Below, one piece after another: positions 1 to 13,300 of a stretch of 64,000 nucleotides of DNA; the stretch's first letter is position 1, and each line of letters starts with the position of its first letter. A program made the position numbers and the translations under genes. The stretch covers positions 40,674,661 to 40,738,660 of the forward strand of contig JARFYF010000017.1 of the NCBI GenBank assembly GCA_030265395.1, given 5' to 3'. Below the pieces are notes generated by a model. The model was not told the origin of the DNA and ran no database searches. It saw only the letters and a program-made list of their open reading frames with translations. Origin of the DNA: Rhina ancylostomus. Lineage: Eukaryota.

Positions 1-123
1 AGGTATAATGGTGGCAGATTTCAGACACTTAAGGACAACAGCCTGCTGCAAGGAGATGTTAACGATGTCTGCGAGGACATCTTTCAGCTGATCCGCACAA
101 TCCCTAAGTACCCGCCCCGGTAT
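1..123 (-). mobile_element. Rex1/Babar-type LINE reverse-transcriptase fragment (runs off window edge)
   Basis: Minus strand translates IPGRVLRDCADQLKDVLADIVNISLQQAVVLKCLKSATIIP, matching the Rex1-type pre-RT motif (PGRVLR.CA.QL...F.DIFN.SL....VP..FK...I.P). Confidence 0.8.
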
Positions 124-1639
124 ATTTTCTGTTCTTATTGCACTACTCCATGTCTTCCTCTGATAATGAACAGAGCTCCTCAAATCTTTAGTGGCCCACT
201 TGATCCTGGAGAGACTTTTATTCTGCAATAACACAGACAGGAGCAGTGATGAAGTTATAAAGAAGCCTATGAAGTCGCATCATCTTGCCCTGTCTGGTGC
301 GTTTACACAAAAAGGAATATCATAATGCAAAGAGAACTTAAAAAGTCGAGTTCCCTTCGATTAGCAAAGATGGTGAAGAGAGGTGGAGCTAAAATGGGGG
401 TGGATGTAAGTTAATGGAAGTACATTGTGGGTATACACATCCCAGTGGAGTACTGGAAGGCTGCAATACGGAACTATTCGAGTGCATCAGAAATCAATTA
501 ATGTGGGTTTTGAATTGCTTCTGCAAATGCAGCCTCCAGGAATGCAGCTAAAAATAATCTGCATGGACATTTTGTCTGTGCATTAGTAGTTCCAGGAAAG
601 ATTCAGTGATGCGATGGAAATGTCTCCTCCCAAAAAGTAACGATTAAACTGCTCTGGTCGCCCACCCCCACCATACCACAGAGCAAGTCATTAGAGTTTA
701 GAACAAATCAATTCAGGACAAGAACTCGACCAAATGTTTGCAGAGCTTAAGGTCAGATTTGTTCTGGTAGTGATATAGAAAATGCTGTGTTATTGTAGCA
801 AGAAAGAGCAGCAACAAGGGACCAAACTCTTCAGCTGACGCCCCTGTACATCTCAGTTCCCACTGGAAAGCCCCCAAAGGTACCATTTGGTGATTTTGTT
901 TTTGAATGAGACATGAAATCGAGGCCTGTGAGCATAGACTCCATTACAAGTATTAGCCTGGGATAGTCAGATGGGGTGCAAGGTCTTAAACTGACCCTCC
1001 AGCTCCAATTTCACACTGGGTTCAAATCTACACCCTACATCTCCATTTATGAGTTCAATCCCAACCCCAGCATTCATTTTATTCCAAAAATGATACATCC
1101 TCTCCACAGATTCCATCCCAAGTTCAACAACTATTCCGCCGACTGAAAGACCTAAACTAATTCTGCATCAAACCCCTCAAACACATCGTACAGCATTTCA
1201 CAGTCACTCGAGCCCAGATCTCTGGAGCTGTGAGGCAGCAACACCACCTGCTATGTCACCCTGGTTACAGCAAAGGGATTTTGATCTCGAGGAAGTGATT
1301 TGACAGAGGACAAAGTATTGGTGCACAGAGCTCAGAAGCAGAAGACATTCACCTCTCCCTTCTTGCCAATCTGCAAAAGGTTCTCACTAATGGGTGATAA
1401 ATCTTTCGGTTTTCTTTGTGCAGTTCTTCCCTGCCAGGCTGCTGAAAGTCACAATTTCCACTGTACTTCAGATGATGTTGAATTTTAACAGCATCTATGT
1501 CGCACAGTCAAACTACTGTTCATTTACACTTGGTTGCCCATCACACCACATTGCATTCACAAGATGAAGTGCACACTCAGGCCAACATCATCCCACTGAT
1601 TTCTTGTGGTCAAATGCTGGTAACAGTTAAAATCTCCAT

Positions 1640-1986
1640 TGAGAAACAAGGAGACCTTGTTGCACAAAGTCCAAAGGTCGCTGAATGTGGCAGCGCAGGT
1701 AGACAGGGTGGTAAAGGAGACATGTGGGATGCCAGCCTTAATTAGCCAAGGCATAAAATAGAAGAACACAGGAGGTCATGGTACAATTTTATAAAACTTT
1801 GGCTGAGCCACAGCTGGAGTACGGCATGCAGTTCTGGTCACCACACTATAGAAAGAACGTGTTTGCACTGGAGAGGATGCAGAGAAGACTCGCTAGGACA
1901 TAGCCTGGGATGGAACGTTCCAGTTACAATGAGAGGCTGGATAGGGTGTGTTTGTTTTCCTTGGACTGAGAAGGCAGAGGGGACCT
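1640..1986 (+). mobile_element. CR1 LINE ORF2 3' fragment, truncated by the adjacent V-SINE
   Basis: Decayed YKTL..PQLEY..QFWSPHYRK....LERMQRR......PGM...SY.ERL motif typical of the CR1 ORF2 C-terminus. Confidence 0.85.
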
Positions 1987-2270
1987 CATGTAGCGGTTAG
2001 CATAACGAAATTACAGTGCCAGCAACCCGGGTTCAATTCCAGCCGCTGTCTGTAAGGAGTTTGCACGTTCTCCCCTTGACTACGTGGGTTTCCTCCGGGT
2101 GCTTCGGCTTCCTCTGACATTCCAAAGACGTACGGGTTAGGAAGTTGTGGGCATGCTACGTTGGCGCCAGAAGTGTGGTGACACTTGCGGGCTGCCCCCA
2201 GAACACTACGCAAAAGATGCATTTCACTGTGTGTTTCGATGTACATGTGACTAATAAAGATCTTATCTTG
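1987..2270 (+). mobile_element. tRNA-derived V-SINE (HE1-like), slightly 5'-truncated
   Basis: B box GGGTTCAATTCC; V-domain GTTCTCCCC..GTGGGTTTCCTCCGGGTGC..CCT..ACATTCCAAAGAC; tail GCATTTCACTGTGTGTTTCGATGTACATGTGACTAATAAAG shared with copies at 16051 and 19825. Confidence 0.85.
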
Positions 2271-2876
2271 CTTGCCTAGATGCTTCTTAAACACCATGAC
2301 CAGTATTTTCCTTTTGATAGTTGTGGTGGCATTTTCCGTGTTCTAACGAAGCACCCAGTGAAGAAACTCCTCGTGAATTTATGATTTGATTTCTATTTTA
2401 TTTATAACTGTTCAGTTTTGGACTGCCCACAGTAGGGCTAAGCTGGGAGATGTCTGACACCAAAAGAACATCCATTTCTGACACCAGTCAGCCTTTCAGA
2501 TTTTAGTGACAGCGGTGCTGTGCCAAGTCATGATAAGTTATGTCAGTACTGTTAGGACGGTTAGTAGACATTGAGTGAGATAGGCCACTGTCCTTTCCTT
2601 TGCTATTATTCCTGATATAAGATTAAATAGGCTCCCAAACCCACGAGGAACCATCAAAAATTTCCATCTTTATTACAGTACTAACCCAGTTCTTAGAGGG
2701 GAGGAAATAGGTCAGTTTCTAAGCTGCTAACATTTACTGTGTTGGTAGGAGTTATCTCCCGGGAACATGACAGGAGGAGAGTTTATGTCGGACTTCTATC
2801 AACAAGTGCAGATCTGTGGAATTTTGTTCCCTGGAGGGCGTGTGGTGCATTCTTAATCGAAATTTCTCCCACTTAC

Positions 2877-2989
2877 TTCTCCGAGAGTTCTTTTGACAAG
2901 CCTGCTCAGATCCTGCCTCCACTCGGGAATGTCTGGGTTGTGATCTTCCAAGTTGGGCGTAAATGACAGGAGCAATGAGCGGTAGGAAT
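2877..2989 (-). CDS. Internal exon of a SorCS1/SorCS3-type VPS10P-domain receptor (membrane-proximal ectodomain)
   Basis: Acceptor tttttccacattggtcctgcag| and donor GAA|gtaagt; 113 nt, phase 1 to phase 0. Translation (D)SYRSLLLSFTPNLEDHNPDIPEWRQDLSRLVKRTLGE closely resembles the recalled SORCS1/3 segment LSFSPNLD..NPDIPEWR.DIG.VIK..LV. Paralog identity cannot be fixed from one exon. Confidence 0.85.
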
Positions 2990-3199
2990 CTGCAGGACCA
3001 ATGTGGAAAAACATTGTTGAAAGGATCCTGGGTTCAGGTATCACAGTTTTGTCAGATTTTAATCAGAATGACATTTCGTACCACAGATTATATTTGTTAG
3101 TTATAATTTGGTCATCTGAAACAACTTTCGTAGCACCATTAAAAATCTTATTCGATTTGTCTAGGTGACCTTTTTATTCACATTTCATGACCTGCAGTG

Positions 3200-3500
3200 T
3201 TTCATTGTCAATTTGTCTTTCGACATGGCATTTTCACTGCACCTTCAATGTGGGAAAACATCCCAGGCTGTGTCAGCTAATTGTTCACTGACAAACATTG
3301 ACTCCATCTGAACCTGTTAAATGAGGTTGGTTTGAGGAGGGTCTAAAAGCAAGAGAGGGAAGGTGGGCAGGGAATTCTAGAGCTCAGGCAAGGGTGTGGC
3401 CACCAATAGTGTTTGGCTCCAATTGTGGTGCTGTCCTTTAGATAGACAAGGGTTGAAAGTCTGACAGGGTGGCCAACTTTGATGAGATTGCTGTTACAAG
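3200..3500 (-). mobile_element. Old L2-like LINE 3' fragment
   Basis: Purine-rich GAGAGGGAAGGTGGGCAGGGAATTCTAGAGCTCAGG segment resembling the L2 3'-end copy at 43545-44060. Confidence 0.45.
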
Positions 3501-3859
3501 TGTGGCAGGGTGAGGCTTCTATCCATCCACATGATCTGGTGCTTACCCTGGTGGCGATATTCACCAGAGTGAAAAGGGACGTATGAGAGAAATGACATGC
3601 TGCTGAAAGACTCCAAACCCCGCAGCAGCATTAAGTGCCAGGCAAATTCCCATCTGAGGCTTTACACTCATTAATGAAAACTCAGCGCCAAAGGAAGCAA
3701 TCTGTTTTCCAACCTCTCCAACAGAATATCCACTGTGGCCAATGCTGTCACTCCCACTGCTGAGGGAGGGTGGACACTTGCTGTAGAAGAGACGGGAGCG
3801 TGTGTGCAAAATGCCTCAGCATTGACATCCAGGTACAGATCTTTCATATTCTTTGAAGT

Positions 3860-4090
3860 TTAGAAACACGTAAGATCTGAAGGATGCATGAGAGGCTAGA
3901 TGTTGAGATGTTTTCACTTGTGGGAGCCTCTCAAACAAGGGGACATAGTTTCAAGATTCGTGTATTTTGTTTACAGCCAAGGTATGGAGAAGTTTCTTCT
4001 TGCAGAGGGTGGCAAACCTCTGGACTTCTCTGCCCTGGAGACTTGTGGAGGTTGGATCATTAGAAGTATTTAAAGTGGAGGTTGATAATT
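3860..4090 (+). mobile_element. CR1 LINE 3' fragment
   Basis: RSFFLQRVANLWTSLPWRLVEVGSLEVFKVEVD matches the CR1 ORF2 terminal motif (FF.QRV.N.WN.LP...V.A.....FK..LD). Confidence 0.85.
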
Positions 4091-4190
4091 NNNNNNNNNN
4101 NNNNNNNNNNNNNNNNNNNNNNNNNNNNNNNNNNNNNNNNNNNNNNNNNNNNNNNNNNNNNNNNNNNNNNNNNNNNNNNNNNNNNNNNNN

Positions 4191-4380
4191 AGATAAGGTT
4201 GGGGGGGGGGGGGTGGAGGAAAACAGGGGAAAGAGGGAAACACTAGGGTGGGGAGGAAAGGGGTGAGGAAGTAAAGCAGGATAGTGGGTGAGGGAGGAAA
4301 ACGATGAGGGAGAAAAGGGAGAATGGGGTGAGAAAGAAAGTGGGGGGGCAAATGGGATGAGAGGGAGGAGTGAGAGGCAG
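4191..4380 (+). repeat. G/A-rich low-complexity purine tract with G-runs
   Basis: Nearly pure G/A composition next to a 100-N gap. Confidence 0.8.
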
Positions 4381-4754
4381 ATATGAAGTTCTACTACTTA
4401 AGAGTGCATTTAATTGTATTATAAACAGAAACCACAGGGGGCCATTGAAAAGGGTCCATTTGAAGAACATAGAATAGTGGGCTGTCTCAGATTTGGACAG
4501 CTGCTCATGGCCCAAACTGTGAGGGATAAATTCCGGTTCTAACACCCCCAACACAAGTTCAAGTAAGGAGCACCAAGTTGTATGGAGTATCTGGGTTCAG
4601 GTGGAACAGCACCCTGGAAAGGCCAGGGTGGGGGTTTAAAAGAGACAAGACTGAAAGAGTGGAGATGGTTTAGCAAATTCAAATTTGTGAATATATGGAG
4701 AGGAACTTCATAGGATAACTGGCACAAGGCTGACATAATGGAAATCATAAACAC

Positions 4755-5090
4755 AAAAGTACCACAGATTCTGGAAATCTGAAACTAAAACAGAAAATGT
4801 TGCAAATATTCAGCAGGTCAGGCAACATGTGGAAGGAGAAACAGAGTTAATGCTTCAGGTCAATGATCTTTCATAAGAACACAAGTAAAAGAAGTAGGTT
4901 GCGCTGCCTGTTCTGCCACTCAGGGGGACCATGACAGTTCATGTGCTTTAAGGCAAATTTCCCATTAGAGTTGGAAAAAGTTAAAGATAACAAGTTTGAA
5001 AATGCAGAGAAAGTGGGGAGGAGAGGAAAGAACAAAAAGGAAGATCTGTGATAGATTGCAGGCAGCATAGATTGAATGGCAAAAGGAAGA
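4755..5090 (-). mobile_element. Penelope-type short element with degenerate hammerhead, interrupted by a CR1-tail-like insert (~4875-4965)
   Basis: CAGATTCTGGAAATCTGAAACTAAAACAGAAAATG...CAGCAGGTCAGGCA...GAAACAGAGTTAA arm shared with many copies in the window. Confidence 0.65.
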
Positions 5091-7134
5091 CTAATTAATT
5101 CTGATCTGTTTGCATTCCCAGTTCCACAAGAATCTCTCTGCATTCCTCAGTATTCCCATGCCTACTCTAAGATTTGTTAAGTACGTTTTGTCCCTTACAA
5201 TTATATCTTGCCATAAACAAAGAGATTTTCTTCAGCTGTACACAAGCCAGTGCTCAGGAATCACTTCTTTTAAAAAGGATGCTCTCTTAACTAATATCTA
5301 TTAACTGACATCTCCTGTTGACTGCTAATCCCAAAAGCCTTTTCTCTGCACATTACAACTAGGTCATGTCCTTCTAAGGAATGGCTCTACCCAGTTCATG
5401 CACACACTATAAATAGTATTTCAAATGAGAACTGCTTACATTTCCTCGTCACAGAATCCGTTCCTACAATATTTAAAAAAGGTCCCTCTTTAAAAACATT
5501 CCAATATATATTCCAGTTCTGTTTATATCTGATACAAACCAAAGGGAAGTCAGAGTCTAAGTCTGCATATCCTCAGAAAAGAAATAAAGCAAATACAAAA
5601 GAAAGCAAAGCATTCCCCATTGCCATAAAATATTTGGACAGTGTAACTGGATAACATTAATATTTATTTAGCTTTATATAGAACATGAAATATTGCATGT
5701 CGTGGTTTCAAAGCCTGGTTCTCCCAGATCAAAAGCATTCTTTAGACAGAGCTCTATTCATATTAAAGATTGCTCATACAGATATGGTTTTAATTTTACT
5801 CGTTTACTGTTACAAAACAAAAAGGAATCAAAACATTGCTAAGTGGCGCCTGCTATAAATGACCAACCACATTAACCTAGCTTTAAGTTTTCACCTTCCA
5901 AGTAGAACGTGCCACCCATTTCATTTTCCAAAGTGCACTCCTTAATGATCTGTAGAAATGAGGTTCCTTAAATGACCAAGGCTAAATATTTTTGAACTGA
6001 GTTTCTGGAAACATGGGCAAATTTTTTTTTAATATATTAAATTTCATCTTGTTGGATGCACTGTCCAAGAAGAGGCCAGCTTTGACCTTTGGTCTCCTTC
6101 ATTTCAGCTGTGAGGTTAGAAGTGGGGCTGCTCCACAGTCTTGGGGTGGAAGGTTTTAGCCCCTTGAGCCTGCTCCACCACTCCGTTGAATCAGTGCCGA
6201 TTCTCACTTCAGCTCCATCTCCCCACTCCTGCGCCAATCGTTACAAGCCTTTGCCTGACAAATGTCTACCGATCGCCGCTTGAAAAGCTGTGTTTTCCTG
6301 GCTTTTTAAGGATGAGAATTCCAGGTTTTTAAAACCACCTCCAGGATTCAGTTTAGGGACCCCAGTTGGAAAATACATACAGGCAGTGATGGAGGGAGCA
6401 GGCTTTGCTGCTGGTAACTTCCACTCACAAATCTGCCTGTACTGACAACACTTGTACAAAAAGAGGACAGTGGGTGTTCATGAATCCAAACCCAAAATTC
6501 ACTGCTTTTACCAAAAGATAAAAACTGAATTTTGTGAAGATTATTTTTTTTAAATCAAAAATGATGTATTCCCATTCCTGGTCATTTTTTTTGTTTTGAA
6601 ATGCTCTCTGCTACCACATTATGCAATGGAAACAGAGGAGGATCTACTGGACTAGTTTATCTCTGAATATCCCCACTATCTCCTCATCACAACATCCAAT
6701 TGTTCAGCAACTTTTGCCTTCAGTGCCTTGCCTGACTCATCCACTTTAAGGACCAGATTCNNNNNNNNNNNNNNNNNNNNNNNNNNNNNNNNNNNNNNNN
6801 NNNNNNNNNNNNNNNNNNNNNNNNNNNCTTTAGTTTGAAGCCAAGTTTGCAATTTATCTTTTCTGCATCATTTAACCATCTACATAGGACAATGATCAAA
6901 ACATCTGGTTCACACAAGTGACTAAAAGCACTTTATACATGTAATAAAGTACTAAGATCAGCAAACAATAAATTTATTATCCCGTTTCTGAGTTTCCTCC
7001 CTTTCTTTCTTGACTGCACTAACGTTAGTGTCAGTGGGAAAATAGACCCAAGGCACTGGATCAGCCATGATCTGCAATAACTCCAAATATTGGACGTACC
7101 TGGATGGTCTGACAGTATCTGTGGAGAGAGAATC

Positions 7135-7255
7135 AATTAAAAGGAAACATTGACTCTGCATCTGTCACTATAGATACTGCTTGACCTGGTGAGTATTTCT
7201 AGTATTTTCTGTTTTTATTTCACATTTCCCACATCTCCAGTAAAAATGCTTTTGA
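7135..7255 (+). mobile_element. Penelope-type short element arm
   Basis: GAAACATTGACT...AGATACTGCTTGACCTGGTGAGTATTTCTAGTATTTTCTGTTTTTATTTCA, same family arm. Confidence 0.65.
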
Positions 7256-9519
7256 AATTAAAAGTATTTGTTAGTCCAGTTTCCACAGGCTTGTCAGTAA
7301 ATGATGGGAATTCAGATTACACCTGTAAAATTTTCAGATCAACTCCAAGAAATACTGTGGCATGAGAGGAACCTGTACTTTCAAACTTTGAACCATCTGC
7401 TACCATCTATGAAAGTTGAAACTTTCCTCCTAATTCAGTCACCATTGTTCTTCATTGTGTGATCAAAGCAGAGAAATACATTGACAAACACACACACGGG
7501 CACAGTCACACAGGCAGCATGTCACAGCCTTGAAACATCCCTGGCTGAAGTAGAAATAATTTCAGCTATTTAGAAGCATGACCTAAAGCAGAGAACATGT
7601 AGATGTAATTTTCATAATTGTTTAATAGTTTAACAATTAATTTTGTTTTGAAAAGCTATAAATATTCCAAAACGGACCAAGGCTGCTATCCCATCACTCC
7701 CACTTTCTGAACCACACAAGTAGCAAATTGTTGGANNNNNNNNNNAAACAGCAACAATTAATCATTTTTGGAATTTTTCTATATATAGTTACACTTAAAC
7801 TCATTTATTAATTCAGCACTGACACAAAAACAATTCCCATAACTGACCCCAGAAGGGCTGGAGCTTTAAGTAGTGGAGCAATATTGCATGGGAAGTATTT
7901 AATACATGATCATGATTGTTTATTCTAAAAATATATTGCTACGATAAACTATTTAAATGCCCGATGATTCACAGGACAAAGTTGAAAATGAACTTCAAAC
8001 GATAAAAACAACTGTAGATGGAAGTTTATTTTGGTATGTGCAAATATTCAAAGGCTGTGCATCATGAAACAGCTTTCCCGCCTGAAGGCCACTGAAAGTG
8101 TTATTCTATTTTTCTCTCAGGGGGTGATCAATGTTAAGAGAAGGGAAAAGGTCCAAGAAGAGCCAGGTTCTCTTGGTAATTCTCAACAAAAGCTAATTGT
8201 GCACTGGGAGAATTCTTCAGCATGTAAAATATCTGAGGGCTTATCTTTTTGCTATACNNNNNNNNNNNNNNNNNNNNNNNNNNNNNNAAAGAGAAGATTC
8301 TGGTCAATGAATGCTATCAGTGTCCACAATGGAAAGAAAACTTCCATCCTTATCTGCTTCACCATATCTGCGACTGGAGTCCCACACCATTACAGCTGAC
8401 TCCTACCTCTTGTAGTAAGCCATTCAGTTGTACCAAACAGAGAAGCAGTTTTCTTGCACGACTCAGAACCAAGAGTAATTGAGTGCAGAGAAAGGAGAAA
8501 GAAACGAAAAGAGATGAGGACAGAGGGGGAAAAAAAGATCAGGAAGGAAGAGAACAAGAGCGAGAGAGAGTGAAAACAACACCATAGAAAACGAAAATGA
8601 GTTTGAATTGAATGTTCTCAGCAAAGATGGTTTTCACAACAGAATCTCAGAAAGATGGATCAATAATAAGCCACTAAAGGAAGAAAGAGTTATTTTTCCT
8701 CCATTTGGATTCTAGTAATATCTGCTTTATGTGAACAATGAAGTAACCACTCAGGATATTGTTTTTTTTAGGTGTAACAGATGTCCAGTCACTGCATGGA
8801 CTGATGTGAGACCACATTCCTTTATTCCACTTTAATGGGGGCTTGCTACACACCATCTCTTGGTCAATCCATTAAAAAAAATGCAACTTTCATAATTTAG
8901 CCACTTCAATCATCTACATGTCTTAAATCCACTTCATTAAGCATTGTACATCCAAAGAGAATACCACCAAGGACATTCTCTGTGACTTAATTTCAACAAA
9001 TCCCTTGCAGACAAGAGTGGGACTGGTTTTATCAACCACAGAAACTGCAAGATATTCAGTAGCATCTGGAGACATTCTATCCAGAAGGAAGGTACACAGG
9101 GTCAACTGGCGGGGGGCGGGTGGTTGGTCATTGGATTGGAATGGGATTGATTCTCCTGTGGTCTGTGCAATATAAAGAGTCCTTAGCTCACCTCTGAAAG
9201 CACCAGGTTTCACTGGGCAGAAACAATGAGCTGTTTAATACCTGGATTTCCTCCTTATCCACAGACTCCTCTTGCTTCAGGGATGGGCTGCTTGACCCAC
9301 CTTGAATATTCCCTGGAATGTTGAGTTGGAGCTTCAGCAAGAGGAACTGCCTTGGGTGCTCTATTTTTGTTTAAGGAATTGTTTTGTAGTTATGGGAAAG
9401 TTCCATCCAGTTGTGCAGAATTACTGGAACCAATAACTTCTTGCGAGCAGTGAAGACTTGAGGCACTTTCATATAATTTCATGGCAATTATGTAACCGTG
9501 GACAGCAAGGACACCAAAC

Positions 9520-9695
9520 AACAACAAAACAGATTATCTAGTCATTAGCAGGGTGTTGCATGTGGAACTTTGCTGTGTGCATATCAGCCACCATGTTTGC
9601 TACAACATTAACAATGCTTAGAAAACTATTTCATTGGTTATGAAGTGCTTTAGGCATCCAGGGTGATGAATTGTATAAACGCAGGCTTTTCTTCA
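9520..9695 (+). mobile_element. Deu-SINE/L2-type 3' tail fragment
   Basis: CAGATTATCT.GTCATT...GGAACTTTGCTGTGTGCA...TTCATTGGTTATGAAGTGCTTT...GTATAAACGCA, like the tail of the 33935-34315 copy. Confidence 0.6.
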
Positions 9696-12600
9696 CTCTG
9701 TTTATTCAGCACCAACTTCAAGCTCGAACTGAAGCCACTTGGATCTGACTTTCATCTGAGAACAAATAACAATTTTATGTTTGGCTTGGATTGCTTCCTG
9801 TGAACTTTGCACAACGCAAACTAACTTTGGATAGCATCATTATTCCTATTTTTCGCTTCCCTTTCAAGCCACTGAGTGAACTCCAACAGCAATAAATAAA
9901 AGTAAGGGGAGACAGTGGGAACTGGTAATAGCATTCACAAGCCAGAAAAGAAAGATTAAAAAGTCTCATTCATCTTTTGCACACATTCAGGTTCATCATC
10001 GTCGAGGCGGATGCTGCCAATTACACCACTCGCTTACAAATGGAACAACTCCCATTTTATGCAAGGTGAGCTACATTTCAGAACATCTCCTACGGCTTTA
10101 GATAGAGCGAGAGAAAGAGTCAAAGTGGTGGGACAGAAAAAATGGAAAGAAACCTACAGTTATCCAGCATTATTGTGCTTCCAGTTCATGAAGTCTATTT
10201 TGAAGTACAGCCGGTTACAACACTGGCATCTTCTGACATTGCACCCGTCACACCTGGGACACCTCCCACCAGAAGGGCCAAGACAATAAGTGCATGGGAA
10301 CACCAACAGTCCCTGGGCTCCTCTGTAAAGCCTGATTTGGAAGGTTATCACCATTATTTAAGCTAATTTCAGAAGATGGCTCACCCCCACCTTTGCAGAG
10401 GCATTCAGGGGTGGGCAATAAGTATTGTGTTTGTTCCACTCATCAGGCTACACTGAAATGTCAGTCTGGACTACATGCTCTGAGATTAGACTTGAAAAGA
10501 CAACTGACTACACAAATCTTCTCTCTTCTTAGTGATCATTTCTTCCCACCACCCCCACCCCCCAACATATCAGTTATTATGTTACTAAATGTTTTTCTAG
10601 CAATAATTGACTGTGAGTGCCTTGAGCAATTTTAATTAAGGTCAGTGAGTAATTGCATCAATCACGGGTCTGTGTTGTGCATCTGTGACGATACCCAACC
10701 TGGTCACCGTGTTGCTACATCAGAGGGTTTGATCTATCAGGCACCGCATTGTCTGCTGCTGACAGATAGTTTGGAAAAATGGAGAAAGTGAGCCAATGGC
10801 GGACAGTCACTTCCACATTTCTGACATTAATTCAAAGTCGTTCCAATCCGACAAACAACCATATCCCTGAATTCTTCAGATCATCAACCTGACTGACTTT
10901 GACCCATGCACTTGGCGGAAAGAACCATGATAAGTCACTGACAGCTTCCTGTAGCTGAACTGGCATGAATGTTTTGAGAGTATAATTAAGAGAATCACTT
11001 CAGTATGCAGATAGAGTTGCAATGCCAACCTCCACTAATCTTTGAGACACCAAGGTCCAGGCGTCTCCCTTCGTATCGTTCTAGAGAAATGGTGATTACA
11101 CTGCATCAGAGGCATTATCCCATTCTTAATAAGTTAATTAATTAGACATTTTAAGTGGTTTTTACATATATATTGTGCCACTGGAAGCAAGCTCAATTCA
11201 GTTAAGTGGCAAGAAGGCATTATTACAGTACAGCTTCAAGTAGTAATCAGCAAATTACTCATTTGAGGTGCAACGAAATATGATGTAAACATACTAGTAT
11301 CCATTAGGAATTACTAAATTATCACTTTATTTATATGAACAGGCATTTCAATAAATTGTTAGGTAGATAGCTCGAGCAATATTTAATCTCAAACATTCTT
11401 GTACAAACTCATTTCTCATTTACTAATTTTCCTAGAGTTTCAGCAGACAAAACCTATTCCCATTCATTCCAGCTGGCTATCATTCCAATGGGTCAAACCT
11501 CTTCCCTACCCACAAACAAGGTGATCTTCATCTAAAAAGTGTTATGCTGAAGCGGATCCCGTTAATAAATTTTCCCCAGAAAAAACAAGAGAATTTACCC
11601 ATCAAATGATTAGGTAAAGTGCAGAGCTTTATTAAAAGCTGAGAGCTTTGCACTACTGTGAAGAATTGACTGCAATGCAAGGAATGTTTCCATTTATAAG
11701 AAGTTCACAAAACTCCTAATTCAATCATAGTATTGCCTGCATTAGGATATAACTGTACTGGCACTGTTATTTCAGTCTTCCTTACTCAGAGCAGACTTTC
11801 TTTTGATCTTTGAGTTGCACTACCTTGACTTAGACGAGGGTGTTCAGAGCATCTTTACCATACAGAGCAATCTCACCACTGACAGCTTTCTTTCTCTGCA
11901 AAGAACGAAATGGCCGCTGCTATGAATTCAGAAATCAGCCTCCGAAAGGCAAAGCACGTTTAACAGAAGCAGGGGAGCTAAATGAACCTGTGCCACATGC
12001 AGTTCTGTAGAAGCCTGCACATCTGCTTTCGATACAAACAGCGATGACATTGATCTGATTAAAGATCGACAATATACGAGTGTGCGATGGAGAGAGTGTG
12101 AGAGGGGGGAAACCACATTTTCAGGAAATTCTCGATTCATGGGTGCAGTTCACAGAAACAAAATGCTTTCATTTGGCGCCATGAGTCCAGTGGCAGTGTA
12201 GCATGTGTACCTCATATCTTTCTCACTGTTTGATGTGTGTGCAGTTTAGCTTTAATTGAAATGTAAGAGAGATACAAATTGGGCCAGGTTAATGTCAGAA
12301 TAAACTAGACTGTGTGACAGAGTGCTGCGGAGCTCCATATGCAAACAATTTTTTTTTACAAAAGCATCCGTGTCTGCAGTTTCCCATCTGAAACCCTGCA
12401 GGGCTCTGCTCCCTCTTCACTGCCAAGTTCCTTTACAATACACTTGCAGTCTCAAAAGGCACTCGATATAAAAATACCTTTTCATGCAAGCTGAAGTTAT
12501 TTATTTGCAATTGTTCAGTTATCATGGTCTTAAAATGGCTGCAATGCTGTTTGCTGCCATTTAGCCCACCTCTGCAAGGTGAATCAGCACTCCGGGAGCT

Positions 12601-12769
12601 CCTATGGAGGGTTATAAACTGGAGCACTGCTGCTTACTCACCAGTGTACAGCTATGGAGCAGTAACTTTAGTAATTCACTGTATTAAATAGGTTGTTTCC
12701 CTTTGGAGCTTCTGCTTGGCTTTGAAACCCTGTTGCCTGTATCCTTACTCACACTGGATGTAGTTTGTC

Positions 12770-13020
12770 CAGTGCTTGAGTGCTTGCTGAGCTACACTGG
12801 CTCATACACATCTCAAATGCTCTCCAGTCTTAAAACCCACCAGGAGTTCTGTGTTCCTTGAAGTCTGAACACTTCCCCTGTTCTTTCACCCTGCCACTTC
12901 TATCAGCTTAGGCCCCACACTCCAGAATTCCTTGCCGAGCTTCTTCACCAACCTGCATCCATTTAAAAAAAAGCTCCTTACAGCTTCCTCCTTGAACGCA
13001 TTGATTGCCTGCCCTAATTG
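12770..13020 (+). mobile_element. Old L2 LINE 3' fragment
   Basis: GAGCTACACTGGCTC (L2 LHWL-type motif) followed by TCAGCTTAGGCCCCACACTCCAGAATTCCTT. Confidence 0.55.
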
Positions 13021-13024
13021 TGGA

Positions 13025-13300
13025 GCAGTACAGCAAGGGAACAGGCCTTTCAGCTCATCAAGTCTGTGCTGAGTTGACCTTTTTACACCAATCCTATTTT
13101 ACTCTCACCACATTCCCATCAACATCCTCCCAATTCTAGCCAACTTACAGTTGGTTATTGGAATGTGGGAGGAAACTGGATCACCTGCACGTAAACCCAC
13201 ATGGTCACAGGGTGAACACGCAACCTCCACACAGATTGCACCCAAGGTCAGGATTAAACCCGGGTCTCTGGTGCCGTGAGACAGTGGCTCTCGCACTGCG
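13025..13300 (-). mobile_element. V-SINE with CR1-type tail
   Basis: Reverse strand has B box GGGTTTAATCC, V-domain (TTTCCTCCCACATTCCAA) and a CR1-like tail (GCTGAAAGGCCTGTT). Confidence 0.7.

Noticed and set aside
11859-11895. 37-nt minus-strand pseudo-exon ending EIALY in phase 1
   Set aside because: Much shorter than the expected preceding SorCS exon; extending it upstream hits a stop.
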